Below are positions 8,530 to 17,691 of a stretch of DNA of 64,000 nt, piece by piece. Positions within the stretch are counted from its first letter, which is position 1. Each line of letters begins with the position of its first letter. This DNA is from an uncultured Thermoplasmata archaeon (GTDB taxonomy: Archaea; Thermoplasmatota; Thermoplasmata; Lutacidiplasmatales; UBA184), in NCBI GenBank assembly GCA_963787975.1, contig CAWBEU010000008.1, forward strand, positions 29,583 through 93,582, in the 5' to 3' direction. The position numbers and the translations under genes are program-made. The notes under the pieces are model-generated. The model was not told the origin of the DNA. It saw nothing but the letters and a program-made list of their open reading frames with translations, and ran no database searches.

Positions 8530-9207
8530 TTACGCCTTCGGAGGAGCGGCCGCCGGTGTGGCCTGCTTCTTGACGGCTACCGCAGGGGCGGCGACCTTCT
8601 TGATGACCGCCTTACCCGCGAGTTCCCTCTTGCCGCCCTTCTTCGCGCCCTTGTCCTCGGTCTTCTTGTGGGCGTCGGCGATCCACTCGAGCCGGCCCAG
8701 GCCCGGCTGCCGCATCGTGAGGCCGATCCGGCTATCGCGGGGAGAGATCTCGGACAACGAGAGCGAGACGATCCGGGACCGGGTCTTGTACCCGACCTTG
8801 AGGTCCTTCTTGGTCTCGACCCCGACGAGCCGTTGGTTATGCTCGTCTACGTTGACCCGGTCGTCCATGATCTGCGAGACATGCAGCAGGCCGTCTAACG
8901 GACCGAACCGGACGAACGCACCGAACTTTCGGATCTCGACGACGGCCCCCTCGACGACCTCTTGGATCTCCGGCTTGAACAGCAGTGCCTGGTACTCGAC
9001 TTCTTGGTAGACGCCGCCGTCGCCGTGGATGATGTGACCCTCGCCGACGGGCTTGACGTCCTTCACGATGACGGCGAGGCTCTGACCGTCGACCAGCTTG
9101 CCCTCGAACTGCTGCTGGGCGAGCTCGGTCAGCACCGTCTCCAGCTTCGGCCCCAGACGATGGGGGGGAACCCGGACGACATCGTGCCGATAATCGAGGT
9201 AGTACAT
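8530..9207 (-). CDS. rpo7: DNA-directed RNA polymerase subunit Rpo7 (E') with a Lys/Ala/Pro-rich C-terminal tail
   Basis: The N-terminal Rpo7 fold and S1 domain (VEGAVVEIRKFGAFVRFGPLDGLLHVSQI) are present. The last ~49 aa are low-complexity and basic. Confidence 0.9.
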   Translation of the reverse strand: MYYLDYRHDVVRVPPHRLGPKLETVLTELAQQQFEGKLVDGQSLAVIVKDVKPVGEGHIIHGDGGVYQEVEYQALLFKPEIQEVVEGAVVEIRKFGAFVRFGPLDGLLHVSQIMDDRVNVDEHNQRLVGVETKKDLKVGYKTRSRIVSLSLSEISPRDSRIGLTMRQPGLGRLEWIADAHKKTEDKGAKKGGKRELAGKAVIKKVAAPAVAVKKQATPAAAPPKA

Positions 9208-9299
9208 GTGAGGCCGCGCGAGCCGGGTCGCGTATTAGACGTTGTCAGGAAACCCCAGGGTCGCCCTCCCCCATCTCAGCTGGATGTCCGTTCAGATTC

Positions 9300-10818
9300 T
9301 CCTCAGGACCCGCTTTAAGCCTCACAGTTCAGCGTTCACCGCTTGGGTCGATTTCTTCCTCCTTTTCCGGCTCCTTCTGTGATTCACCGTGGAAGCATGC
9401 CTCTCCGGGTCCATACGCACAGTAGTGGTACAACACGCTCTCGAATTCGACCTCCTGCGAACACTCTTTGACGTCCGCTCGGCCGTTAACCGGCTCCTTC
9501 CCGACTGGCGCGCCCGTCCTGAGGAGTCCAGATTTGGGGCAACAATGCGTTCTTACCCCTTTCTGCGGATCCGATACCGTCACCTCGCTGCTGCCTGGTG
9601 CTTGACCGTTGCAAACGAGACCTCGGCAGTCCTCCGCGCGTGGGACCGCTCGGCGCGCCGGGCCCGGCGGATGGACCGGGGCCGACTCGAACGAATGCAA
9701 GCCGCGACCCCTCGTCGCCGACGCCTCAAGGCGAGCCTTCATCCCAATCTTTTCCGATGGGACCGAAGCCTCGCCCACCTCACCATTAGGGTCCGCCCCG
9801 GGGTCCGAGTTGGCATTGATCTTTCTTCGGTGGCAAATCCCCTTTTCTACAAGTATGGGGAGGCCTCCGGCTGGCGATTTGGGCTCAGCCTGACCCCGCA
9901 TGCCCTACTCTTTCACTTCCGAACTCCCCGTCGCAGCCAGAATTCTGATAGCGAGGCAGGCGTCGATCTCAACCTCCACTCGGCCGACATCGCTACTTCC
10001 GACGGGGTCCTGACCCGGGTCGACCTCCGCCCCATCGCTCGAATCCAAGAGCGGATGACAACCAAACGCCAGTCGATCCAACGCGAAATCTCAAAGGACT
10101 TACGCCATCAACGAGCCGTCTTGCGACGATACCACCGGAGAGAGGCACATCGGGTAACGCCGCTCCTTCACCGAGCTTCCAACGAACTCCTCGAGAAAGT
10201 CGGGAAGCGTACCCTCGTCTTCGAGGATCTTTCGAACACGACAGAGTCAGTGCTTCGGCGAGGATGGGGTCGCGAGGGCCCCATCTTGCGACGACGTCTC
10301 TCTGCGTGGGCCCACGGGCGCCTCGCGGAGATCGTGAGCTACAAGGCCCATACACCGATCGTCTGGGTGAATCCGGAGGGGACCTCCTCGGAGTGTCCCC
10401 GCTGCGGAGGGCAACTGGCTCTCCCGTCCGGAGGAAGGGACCGGTCCAAAGGACCGATGACCCGACAGACCGTCTGTGGGAAATGTGGAGGCGCCTGGCA
10501 TCGGGATGCGGCGGCGGCGATCGTCATCCTGACCCGTGGCCGACGCATCCTACGGGGAGCGGCTGTTCCCCCGAGCGCGCGCAACGCGCTTCTGGAGGCG
10601 GCGACGTGGCGTCCGAGGGAGGGAAGCGGCGCAAGCCGCGCCCCATCCTCGGGCCTCCCGGTCGAGCCGATGAAGGAAGACGACGCGAAGTCGGGGAAGC
10701 TGGATCAAACCTAGGCTTCCGGACAAGCAGCTACCTAGACTATCAAACGAAGCACCGCCCGGCCCCGCTCGCTCTGCGAAGGGCCAAGCTATTTCGGGAG
10801 TCGCCGAGTCGTCCCGGC
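9300..10818 (+). mobile_element. IS200/IS605-family TnpB-only element (ends not defined)
   Basis: Contains an intact tnpB, with no tnpA nearby. It is wedged between the rpo7 operon and a VOC gene. The boundaries are approximate guesses. Confidence 0.35.
9389..10714 (+). CDS. tnpB: TnpB-like RNA-guided endonuclease / IS605 OrfB-family transposase accessory protein
   Basis: RuvC-I GVDLN, RuvC-II LVFEDL, zinc ribbon CPRCGG...CGKCGG, RuvC-III HRDAAAAIVI. GTG start at 9389. Confidence 0.85.
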   Translation: MEACLSGSIRTVVVQHALEFDLLRTLFDVRSAVNRLLPDWRARPEESRFGATMRSYPFLRIRYRHLAAAWCLTVANETSAVLRAWDRSARRARRMDRGRLERMQAATPRRRRLKASLHPNLFRWDRSLAHLTIRVRPGVRVGIDLSSVANPLFYKYGEASGWRFGLSLTPHALLFHFRTPRRSQNSDSEAGVDLNLHSADIATSDGVLTRVDLRPIARIQERMTTKRQSIQREISKDLRHQRAVLRRYHRREAHRVTPLLHRASNELLEKVGKRTLVFEDLSNTTESVLRRGWGREGPILRRRLSAWAHGRLAEIVSYKAHTPIVWVNPEGTSSECPRCGGQLALPSGGRDRSKGPMTRQTVCGKCGGAWHRDAAAAIVILTRGRRILRGAAVPPSARNALLEAATWRPREGSGASRAPSSGLPVEPMKEDDAKSGKLDQT

Positions 10819-11286
10819 ATGCACCTCCGGTACTCGGGCGTGCGGGTCACCGACCTCGACCGCTCGCTCCGTTTTTACACGAAGGCCCTGGGGCTCCGGG
10901 AGGTCACGAGGGGAGACCTGAGCCAGTTCGGACGCGGCACGTGGGTGCTGCTCCAGGACCCGGCGACTCGCCAGCGCCTCGAGCTGAACTGGTATCCGAA
11001 AGGGTCCCAGTTCGACGTCCCCTTCATCATCGGGGAAGGTCTCGACCACATCGGATTCTTCCTCGGACCCGCACCGGCGTCCACGTTGAACCGGATCTAC
11101 CAGCGGCTCTTGCGACAGGGCGCGGGACCGACCAACGTCACCCCGGCCACGACCGACGGGTGGGTCGGCTACGTCACGGACCCGGACGGAAACTGGATCG
11201 AGATATTCCGCGAACAAACCGCCGCCGAGAAACGCCGGGCCAAAGCGCACGCGGCGGCGGAGAAGCGCCGGAAACGGCGGTCCTAG
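10819..11286 (+). CDS. VOC (glyoxalase/bleomycin-resistance/dioxygenase) family protein
   Basis: In-frame ATG at 10819. MHLRYSGVRVTDLDRSLRFYTKALGL and DPDGNWIEI are typical VOC motifs. The C-terminal tail is basic. Confidence 0.8.
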   Translation: MHLRYSGVRVTDLDRSLRFYTKALGLREVTRGDLSQFGRGTWVLLQDPATRQRLELNWYPKGSQFDVPFIIGEGLDHIGFFLGPAPASTLNRIYQRLLRQGAGPTNVTPATTDGWVGYVTDPDGNWIEIFREQTAAEKRRAKAHAAAEKRRKRRS

Positions 11287-11287
11287 G

Positions 11288-12307
11288 TTAGCTGCGAAGA
11301 CCCAGCGTCATATCGGTCACGGCGATCGACGACTCGCCGTCCGGCGCCAGGTTGAACATCGCCCGGATCGCGTCGATGTTCTCGGGCACCACGATCGATT
11401 CCTGGTGGATCGCCTGGAAGAAGCGCAGGTCCGCGCCGTCGAGGTGCACGCCGTTCTCCCAGAGCACGTTCTTCATCATGTCTCCCCGCGGCGTCAACTG
11501 ATCGCGGGCGAACTCGAGCACCTGGGGCGTGCCCTCCACGCGCTCCCAGCTCCGGAAGATGTGGAATCGAGGCGTTTCCTGGAAGGCGGCGATCACGTCA
11601 GAGACGCTGGCGGGAGGCCGGCGTAGCCGGACGTGGTTGACATGGAGGTGCATGAGCGTCGTCGGGACCACCACCGCCGTCGTCGTGATGGGCAGGTCCG
11701 GGAAGATCGTCTGGGCATCCGGCGCGTGATGCGACGGGACCTGGAACGTAGGTAGAATCCCGTTGACCGGCCCCTTCCGGGTCTCCGCGGGGTCCGCGGC
11801 CCGGCGGATCAGAGTGACCTCCCATCGCTCGACGCCGTAGCGCGCGCGAAGAACCGACGCGGCGCGGGCGATGCCGGTCGTGTTGCAGGAGACCACCCGA
11901 ACCCGGCTCTTCCCCAGGGCCGCCGGGTAGTTCGCCAACGCGCTGAACGAGACCTCCGCGACTTCCGGCTTCTCCCCGCCCTGGTAGATCGCCTTCAGAT
12001 GGGCCGTCTCGTACTTCGGGGCCTGCTCCTTTCCCATCTTGTCCGGAGTGGCGTCGACGACCACGTCCGCCCGCTTGAACATCTCGTCGGTCGTTCCTTC
12101 GACCGTGATACCGGCCGCGCGAAAGTCTTCGAGCCGGCCGTCGCCGCCCACGAAGAGCGGATAGCCCCTCTCCATCGCGATCCGCGCCTCGAAACTGGGC
12201 CGGGTCTTGGCGACCCCGACGAGCACCATGTCGGGCTGTTTCGAGACGGCATCCGCCACTCGCTTCCCGATCGTACCGAACCCGTTGACGGCTACTCGCA
12301 CCGGCAT
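11288..12307 (-). CDS. gap: Type II (archaeal) glyceraldehyde-3-phosphate dehydrogenase
   Basis: MPVRVAVNGFGTIGKRVADAV at the N-terminus and VVSCNTTG at the active site. ATG at 12307. The upstream part of ORF 11288..13612 is antisense to the next gene. Confidence 0.9.
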   Translation of the reverse strand: MPVRVAVNGFGTIGKRVADAVSKQPDMVLVGVAKTRPSFEARIAMERGYPLFVGGDGRLEDFRAAGITVEGTTDEMFKRADVVVDATPDKMGKEQAPKYETAHLKAIYQGGEKPEVAEVSFSALANYPAALGKSRVRVVSCNTTGIARAASVLRARYGVERWEVTLIRRAADPAETRKGPVNGILPTFQVPSHHAPDAQTIFPDLPITTTAVVVPTTLMHLHVNHVRLRRPPASVSDVIAAFQETPRFHIFRSWERVEGTPQVLEFARDQLTPRGDMMKNVLWENGVHLDGADLRFFQAIHQESIVVPENIDAIRAMFNLAPDGESSIAVTDMTLGLRS

Positions 12308-12412
12308 GCAACGCTCGCGCGAGCGAGTCGGACCACGCATAAAGGATTGGGGGACGGGCCCGGTGAGACGGGAACGCTTTATCGACCGGTCGGCGTGGCG
12401 CACCGGTTGCCC

Positions 12413-13606
12413 ATGGAATTCGCGCTCAGCGAAGAGGAAGTGGCCTTCCAGGACGCCGTCCGCAAATTCGGCGACAAGGTACTGCGGCCCCACGAACGGC
12501 AGATCGATTCCGAGGGGCGCATCCCCGACGTCGTGCTGCAGGAGATGGCCCGTCTCGGCCTGCTGTCCCCGCTCGTGTCTCCGGAGTACGGCGGCCTCGG
12601 GGCCTCCGCCGTCCTCACCGAACTCGCCGCGGAGGAGATCGGCCGAGGGGACTTCTCGATGGCGACGGCCGTGTTCTACCTGCTCGAGGCCGGCTGGGGC
12701 TGGACCCTTGCCAAGCACGGCACCGAGGACGCGAAGCGGGAGATCCTGCCGGCGGTCACCTCGGGGAAGGCGTTCCTCGGCATCGCGACGACGGAACCCG
12801 GTGGGGGCAGCGACCTCGGCAATATGAAGACCGAATCGCGCCGGGGTGGCGACGGCTACATTCTCCGCGGCGAGAAGGCGTTCCTCTCGGGCGTCGAAGA
12901 GGCGAAGCGACTCGGGGGAGGCCATCTGACCCTCAGCCACAACCGGAACGGCTCCGGATTCAATTTCATCTACGTGCCCACGAATTCGCCCGGGATCGCG
13001 TCCCAGAAGTTCGAGAACATGGGGCGGATGGGGATCTCGACCGGCGGGCTTACCTACGCCGACGTTGCCCTGCCCGCGCGCTATCTGATCGGTGAGGAAG
13101 GAAAGGGATTCCAGTACGCCATGGAAGGATTCCAGGTCGCCCGAACGTTCGTCTCCGCCGCCTGCGTCGGAGCGGCCGAACGAGCGCTCGAGACCGGTAT
13201 CGGGTGGATCAAGGAACGCCAGGTCTTCGGACAACCGTTGGGAAAATTCGAGGGGATCCAGTTCGAGATGGCGGACCTCTACACGCAGATCGAGGCGGTC
13301 AAGTGGCAGTGCCGCCGGGCGGCGTGGCTCATCGACCGCTACGTGATGAAGGGCGACGCGTCCCACCGATCGGAGATCGACAAGGTCGTGGCGAGCGTCA
13401 AGCTCACCGCTCCGCAGATCGCCTTCGATACCGTCCGGCGAGTCATGATGTGGTTCGGCGCAGCGGGCTACACGAAGGACGTGGGCCTCGAGCTGGGGTT
13501 CCGCGGCATCATGTCCTACATGGTCGGGGCCGAAGGCGGCCTCAACATCATGCGCATCATTCTCGGCCGCGAGCTTCTGGGCAAGGAGTTCCTGCCGTAC
13601 AAGTAG
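12413..13606 (+). CDS. Acyl-CoA dehydrogenase family protein
   Basis: In-frame ATG at 12413. GIATTEPGGGSDLGNMKT and the C-terminal GAEGGLNIMRIILGREL pattern are ACAD-like. Confidence 0.85.
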   Translation: MEFALSEEEVAFQDAVRKFGDKVLRPHERQIDSEGRIPDVVLQEMARLGLLSPLVSPEYGGLGASAVLTELAAEEIGRGDFSMATAVFYLLEAGWGWTLAKHGTEDAKREILPAVTSGKAFLGIATTEPGGGSDLGNMKTESRRGGDGYILRGEKAFLSGVEEAKRLGGGHLTLSHNRNGSGFNFIYVPTNSPGIASQKFENMGRMGISTGGLTYADVALPARYLIGEEGKGFQYAMEGFQVARTFVSAACVGAAERALETGIGWIKERQVFGQPLGKFEGIQFEMADLYTQIEAVKWQCRRAAWLIDRYVMKGDASHRSEIDKVVASVKLTAPQIAFDTVRRVMMWFGAAGYTKDVGLELGFRGIMSYMVGAEGGLNIMRIILGRELLGKEFLPYK

Positions 13607-13610
13607 GCGC

Positions 13611-14570
13611 ATGCCGACAACGCGAGCCCGGCGGCGCCCCCCCGCCCTCGCCGAACGGGAATTCCATCGCTGGGTCCGTACGCATCTGCCCGCCGGCCGG
13701 AAGGGTCCACTGCCGCTCGGCGACTATGCGGCGGCCCTGCCGGTCGGGCGAAACCGGCTCGTGCTCCTCTCTTCGGATGCGCTGATCGAGAACGTTCATT
13801 TTCGACGGTCGACCCCGCCGCTGCTGATCGGGGAGGCCGCGACCGCGGTGAACCTGAGCGACATCGCCGCCAAGGGTGGTCGTCCGGCAGCGATGCTGAT
13901 CGATCTGCTGGCGCCTCCCGGCACGCCCGCGCAATGGGCCCGATCGGTCCTGCAAGGAGCGGAGCGAATGGCGGCGCGATTCGGCTGCCATGTTGTGGGC
14001 GGTGACACCAAACCGAGCCCCACCCGGGCCGTCGTCGGCGTCTCCGTGGGATGGAGCGGTCGCGGACCGATCCCGACGAGAAGTGGAGCACGGCCGGGGG
14101 ATCGGGTCGTGACGACCGGTGTCGTGGGATTCGGAGGAGCTTACCGGTCCGACATCGCGGGGTCCTTACGGATCGTCCCGCGGATCCCCGAAGGACAGGT
14201 CCTCGGGGCCGTCGCCCACGCCATGACCGATACCTCGGACGGGGTCGCGGATGCGACGCACCTGGTCACCGAGGCCAGCCGCTGCAGGATCGTTCTGCGA
14301 GCGGAGCAACTTCCCCTCCATCCCCGGCTCCGGCGCCGCGGCCGGTCGTTCTCTCAACAGCTCCGGATGGCCTTCTATGGCGGGGACTACGAGCTCTTCG
14401 CGACGGTGGAACCTTCCCGAGTGTCCCCGGTCCGCGCCGCGCTGCGTCGGCTCGGGTGCCGGCTGACCGTGATCGGCCGTGTCGAGAAGGGACGCGGCGC
14501 TTGGCTCGAGCGCAACGGGCGCTTGGCGCCTCTGCCACTCGCCGGGTGGCGCCACTTCGACGGCTCCTGA
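13611..14570 (+). CDS. thiL: Thiamine-monophosphate kinase (AIR-synthase-related)
   Basis: SDALIENVHF, AVNLSDIAAKGGRP and GGDT motifs are characteristic of ThiL. Confidence 0.8.
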   Translation: MPTTRARRRPPALAEREFHRWVRTHLPAGRKGPLPLGDYAAALPVGRNRLVLLSSDALIENVHFRRSTPPLLIGEAATAVNLSDIAAKGGRPAAMLIDLLAPPGTPAQWARSVLQGAERMAARFGCHVVGGDTKPSPTRAVVGVSVGWSGRGPIPTRSGARPGDRVVTTGVVGFGGAYRSDIAGSLRIVPRIPEGQVLGAVAHAMTDTSDGVADATHLVTEASRCRIVLRAEQLPLHPRLRRRGRSFSQQLRMAFYGGDYELFATVEPSRVSPVRAALRRLGCRLTVIGRVEKGRGAWLERNGRLAPLPLAGWRHFDGS

Positions 14571-14614
14571 CGAAATTTCGACGACCTTATCCTCGGAATA
14601 CGCTCGGCGACCGC

Positions 14615-15547
14615 ATGGACGGGCTCGTCGCGCGGTCGTTGTCCAAAACGTACCGGGGAACGAGCGGACTTGTCCGCGCCCTCGACAACGTCGACATGAC
14701 CATTGCGAAGGGCCGCCTCTTCGCGTTCCTCGGACGGAACGGCGCGGGAAAGACCACGTTCCTCAAGATCGCCTCGGCGCTCCTACTCCCTACCGCCGGG
14801 ACCGTGCACCTGTTCGGGATCGACGTCGTCGAACACGCGCGCGAGGTTCGCGAGCAGATCGCGATCGTCCCGCAAGAAGGCAAGCCGTTCTACCACCTCA
14901 CGCCACGGGAGCATGTCGAGGAATACCTCCGGGTACGCGGCGCTACCCGCGAGACGGCCAAGAGCCGCGCCGACGAGGTGCTGGAGGGGATGGGCCTGCT
15001 CTCCTACCAACACATCCCCGCGATGGTGCTCTCGGGCGGCCTTCAGCAACGCACGCTGGTCGCGATGGTGCTCGCCACGGAGGCGCGCTTCCTGTTCCTC
15101 GACGAACCCACCCTTGGCATGGATCCCTTCGCACGGCGCCAGGTCTGGGAAGTGATCCGCCGCGCGGCGCGGAAGGGCTCGACGGTGCTCCTCACCACCC
15201 ATTACCTCGACGAGGCGGAGCAGCTCTCGGAGGAACTGGCCGTCATCGAGGGCGGTCACGTACTCTACCAGGGAACTCCCGAGGCGCTCAAATCGAAGGT
15301 GCGGCAGGAGATCCGGCTACACTTCGAGGGGGGCTTCACCCGCGAGGAGCTCTCGAGCTACGGTGAGGTCTTCGCGGAACGAGGTGGGTTCACCCTCCTC
15401 ACGACGCGGGACCGGATCGAAGAGCTCACCCGTCGGGCGCTGGAACGGAAGGTGGCGATCACCGTCGGCCCGGTGACGCTCGAGGAAGCGTTCCTCACGC
15501 TCGTCGGCCGCGCCATAGAGGAAGAAGACGCCGAGGCGCTCGCATGA
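14615..15547 (+). CDS. ABC transporter ATP-binding protein
   Basis: In-frame ATG at 14615. Walker A GRNGAGKTTF, signature LSGGLQQRT, Walker B FLFLDEPTLGMD. Confidence 0.9.
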   Translation: MDGLVARSLSKTYRGTSGLVRALDNVDMTIAKGRLFAFLGRNGAGKTTFLKIASALLLPTAGTVHLFGIDVVEHAREVREQIAIVPQEGKPFYHLTPREHVEEYLRVRGATRETAKSRADEVLEGMGLLSYQHIPAMVLSGGLQQRTLVAMVLATEARFLFLDEPTLGMDPFARRQVWEVIRRAARKGSTVLLTTHYLDEAEQLSEELAVIEGGHVLYQGTPEALKSKVRQEIRLHFEGGFTREELSSYGEVFAERGGFTLLTTRDRIEELTRRALERKVAITVGPVTLEEAFLTLVGRAIEEEDAEALA

Positions 15548-16308
15548 CCTGGAAGACCCAGGCCAACGCCATCTTCCGGATCTGTTACTTCTACGGCTTC
15601 CTGGCATTGCGCCGGCAACCGGTATTCTTCGTCGCGATATTCCTCACGCCGCTCAGTTTCCTATTCTTCCTCTATGTCGTCGCGCCGCACTCGGTCCTGC
15701 CCTACGGAGTCGTCGGCGGCGTGATGTTCACGGCCCTGTTCACGGGGAACGGGATGATGACCGACTGCGCGTACCTCCGTCTGGAACGGCAGCTGCAGCA
15801 GATTTTCATCACGAGCCCCCTGCGTCCGATGTCGTGGATCCTCGGGATGGCCTTGGGGGAACTCGCGTGGACGATTCCGGCGATCGCACTGTTCATCGTC
15901 GTGCTGGCGCTCGTCGTGCCGATTGGGGTGCTCTCGGTCCTCGGCCTGGTCGGGGTGATCCTCCTGACCTGGCTGCTGTCGACGAGCCTCGGATTCCTGC
16001 TCTCCACGTTCTTCCGGCAGCTCCGGGAGATATGGCCGATCGGGATGGTCGTCTTCACGTCGCTCTCGGTGTTGCCGCCCATCTTCTATCCCATCGCCGC
16101 GATCCCGGCGAACTACCGGTGGGTCGCCTTTCTCTCTCCCTCGACGTTTGCCAGCCAGCTCGCCGACCACGCGGCGGGGTTGACCGTGCCGACGATCTCC
16201 GTCGCCCCGGCGCTCTCGTCGATTCCGGTGGAGGTCACCGGGATGGTGCTGCTTACCCTCCTGTTCGCACTGATGGCGATGCGCCTGGCGCGGTGGCGCG
16301 AGCCGTAG
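15544..16308 (+). CDS. ABC-2 type transporter permease
   Basis: ATGA overlap with the ATPase. 254-aa multi-TM protein. Confidence 0.8.
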   Translation: MTWKTQANAIFRICYFYGFLALRRQPVFFVAIFLTPLSFLFFLYVVAPHSVLPYGVVGGVMFTALFTGNGMMTDCAYLRLERQLQQIFITSPLRPMSWILGMALGELAWTIPAIALFIVVLALVVPIGVLSVLGLVGVILLTWLLSTSLGFLLSTFFRQLREIWPIGMVVFTSLSVLPPIFYPIAAIPANYRWVAFLSPSTFASQLADHAAGLTVPTISVAPALSSIPVEVTGMVLLTLLFALMAMRLARWREP

Positions 16309-16402
16309 ACGGTCCCGGAACGGCCGGCGTGCGCCGCCGTCACAGAGTGCGAGGTGGCCTCAAATACGCCCCGCACCTCGCGCGGCGCGCAGGTGGCCAA
16401 GA

Positions 16403-17665
16403 ATGCCCCAAAGCGCCGCAACCATCAACCCGTTCGAGACCGCCAAGCGCCAAGTCGATATTGTCGCGGACCTTCTCAAGATCGACAACGGCACCCGAGA
16501 GGTGCTCAAACACCCGAAGCGAGAGCTGACGGTCAACTTCCCCGTGCGGATGGAAGACGGCAGCTACCGCGTCTACACCGGCTACCGGGTCCAATACAGC
16601 ATGGCCCGAGGCCCATGCAAGGGCGGCATCCGATACCATCCCCAGGTGACCCTGGACGAGGTCCGTGCGCTCGCCGCCTGGATGACGTGGAAGTGCGCCG
16701 TGGTCAACCTCCCGTACGGCGGGGCCAAGGGCGGCATCATCTGCGACCCGAAGCACATGAGTCAGGGGGAACTCGAGCGGATGACCCGCCGGTTCGCCAG
16801 CGAACTCATTCCCATCATCGGCCCGGAGATGGATATCCCGGCGCCGGACGTCTACACCGACTCGCAAACGATGGCATGGATCATGGATACCTACTCGCAG
16901 GAGAAGGGGTACTCGGTGCCCGGCGTCGTGACCGGCAAGCCGATCGCCATCGGCGGGAGCGAAGGTCGGGGCGAGGCGACCGGACGCGGCTGTGCCTATG
17001 TCATCCGCGAAGCGGCGCCGCACGTCGGACTCAAGCTCAAGGGGGCTTCGGTCGCTGTCCAGGGATTCGGTAACGCGGGGAGCGTCGCCGCGAACATCCT
17101 CCACGACGAGTTCGGGACGAACATCATCGCCGTCAGCGACTCCAAGGGCGGGATCTACAAGACCGACGGGTTGAACCTCCATGCCGTCGAGGAACACAAG
17201 AAGAAGACCGGATCCGTCGTCGGATTCCTGGGGTCGAAGCCCGTATCCAACGACGAGCTGCTCGAGCTCAAGACCGATATCCTGGTCCCCGCGGCTCTCG
17301 AGAACCAGCTCACGAGCAAGAACGCCAGCAAGGTACAGGCCAAGATCATCGCCGAGGCCGCGAACGGCCCGACGGTGCCCGAAGCGGACAAAGTGTTCTT
17401 CGAGAAGAAGATCACTGTCCTGCCGGACATTCTGGCGAACGCCGGCGGCGTCACGGTGAGCTACTTCGAGTGGGCACAGAACATCCAGGGCTACTCCTGG
17501 TCGCTCGCCGAGGTCAACGACCGGCTCAACAAGGTCATGACCGAGTCCTACGCCCGCGTTCACGCGGTCGCGGAGGAACGGAAGATCGACAACCGGACGG
17601 CCGCGTACATCGTCGCGATCCAGCGGGTCGTGGACGCGCTGCGGTGGCGCGGGTTCTTCCCGTAA
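16403..17665 (+). CDS. gdhA: Glutamate dehydrogenase
   Basis: KGGIRYHP and PYGGAKGG motifs are present. 420 aa. Confidence 0.95.
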   Translation: MPQSAATINPFETAKRQVDIVADLLKIDNGTREVLKHPKRELTVNFPVRMEDGSYRVYTGYRVQYSMARGPCKGGIRYHPQVTLDEVRALAAWMTWKCAVVNLPYGGAKGGIICDPKHMSQGELERMTRRFASELIPIIGPEMDIPAPDVYTDSQTMAWIMDTYSQEKGYSVPGVVTGKPIAIGGSEGRGEATGRGCAYVIREAAPHVGLKLKGASVAVQGFGNAGSVAANILHDEFGTNIIAVSDSKGGIYKTDGLNLHAVEEHKKKTGSVVGFLGSKPVSNDELLELKTDILVPAALENQLTSKNASKVQAKIIAEAANGPTVPEADKVFFEKKITVLPDILANAGGVTVSYFEWAQNIQGYSWSLAEVNDRLNKVMTESYARVHAVAEERKIDNRTAAYIVAIQRVVDALRWRGFFP

Positions 17666-17691
17666 AGGGGCCCGGGCCCCTCCGGCGAGCC

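Noticed and set aside
9329-9901. A 190-aa minus-strand ORF at the tnpB 5' end, considered as a possible TnpA or partner gene
   Set aside because: It has no Y1-transposase (HUH) or serine-recombinase features. It overlaps the tnpB N-terminus, whose frame has the expected TnpB-like start (..IRTVVVQHALEFDLLRTLFDVRSAVNRL..).
11288-13612. A 774-aa minus-strand ORF
   Set aside because: Only the last 339 codons (from ATG 12307) are GAPDH. The upstream portion is antisense to the acyl-CoA dehydrogenase gene.
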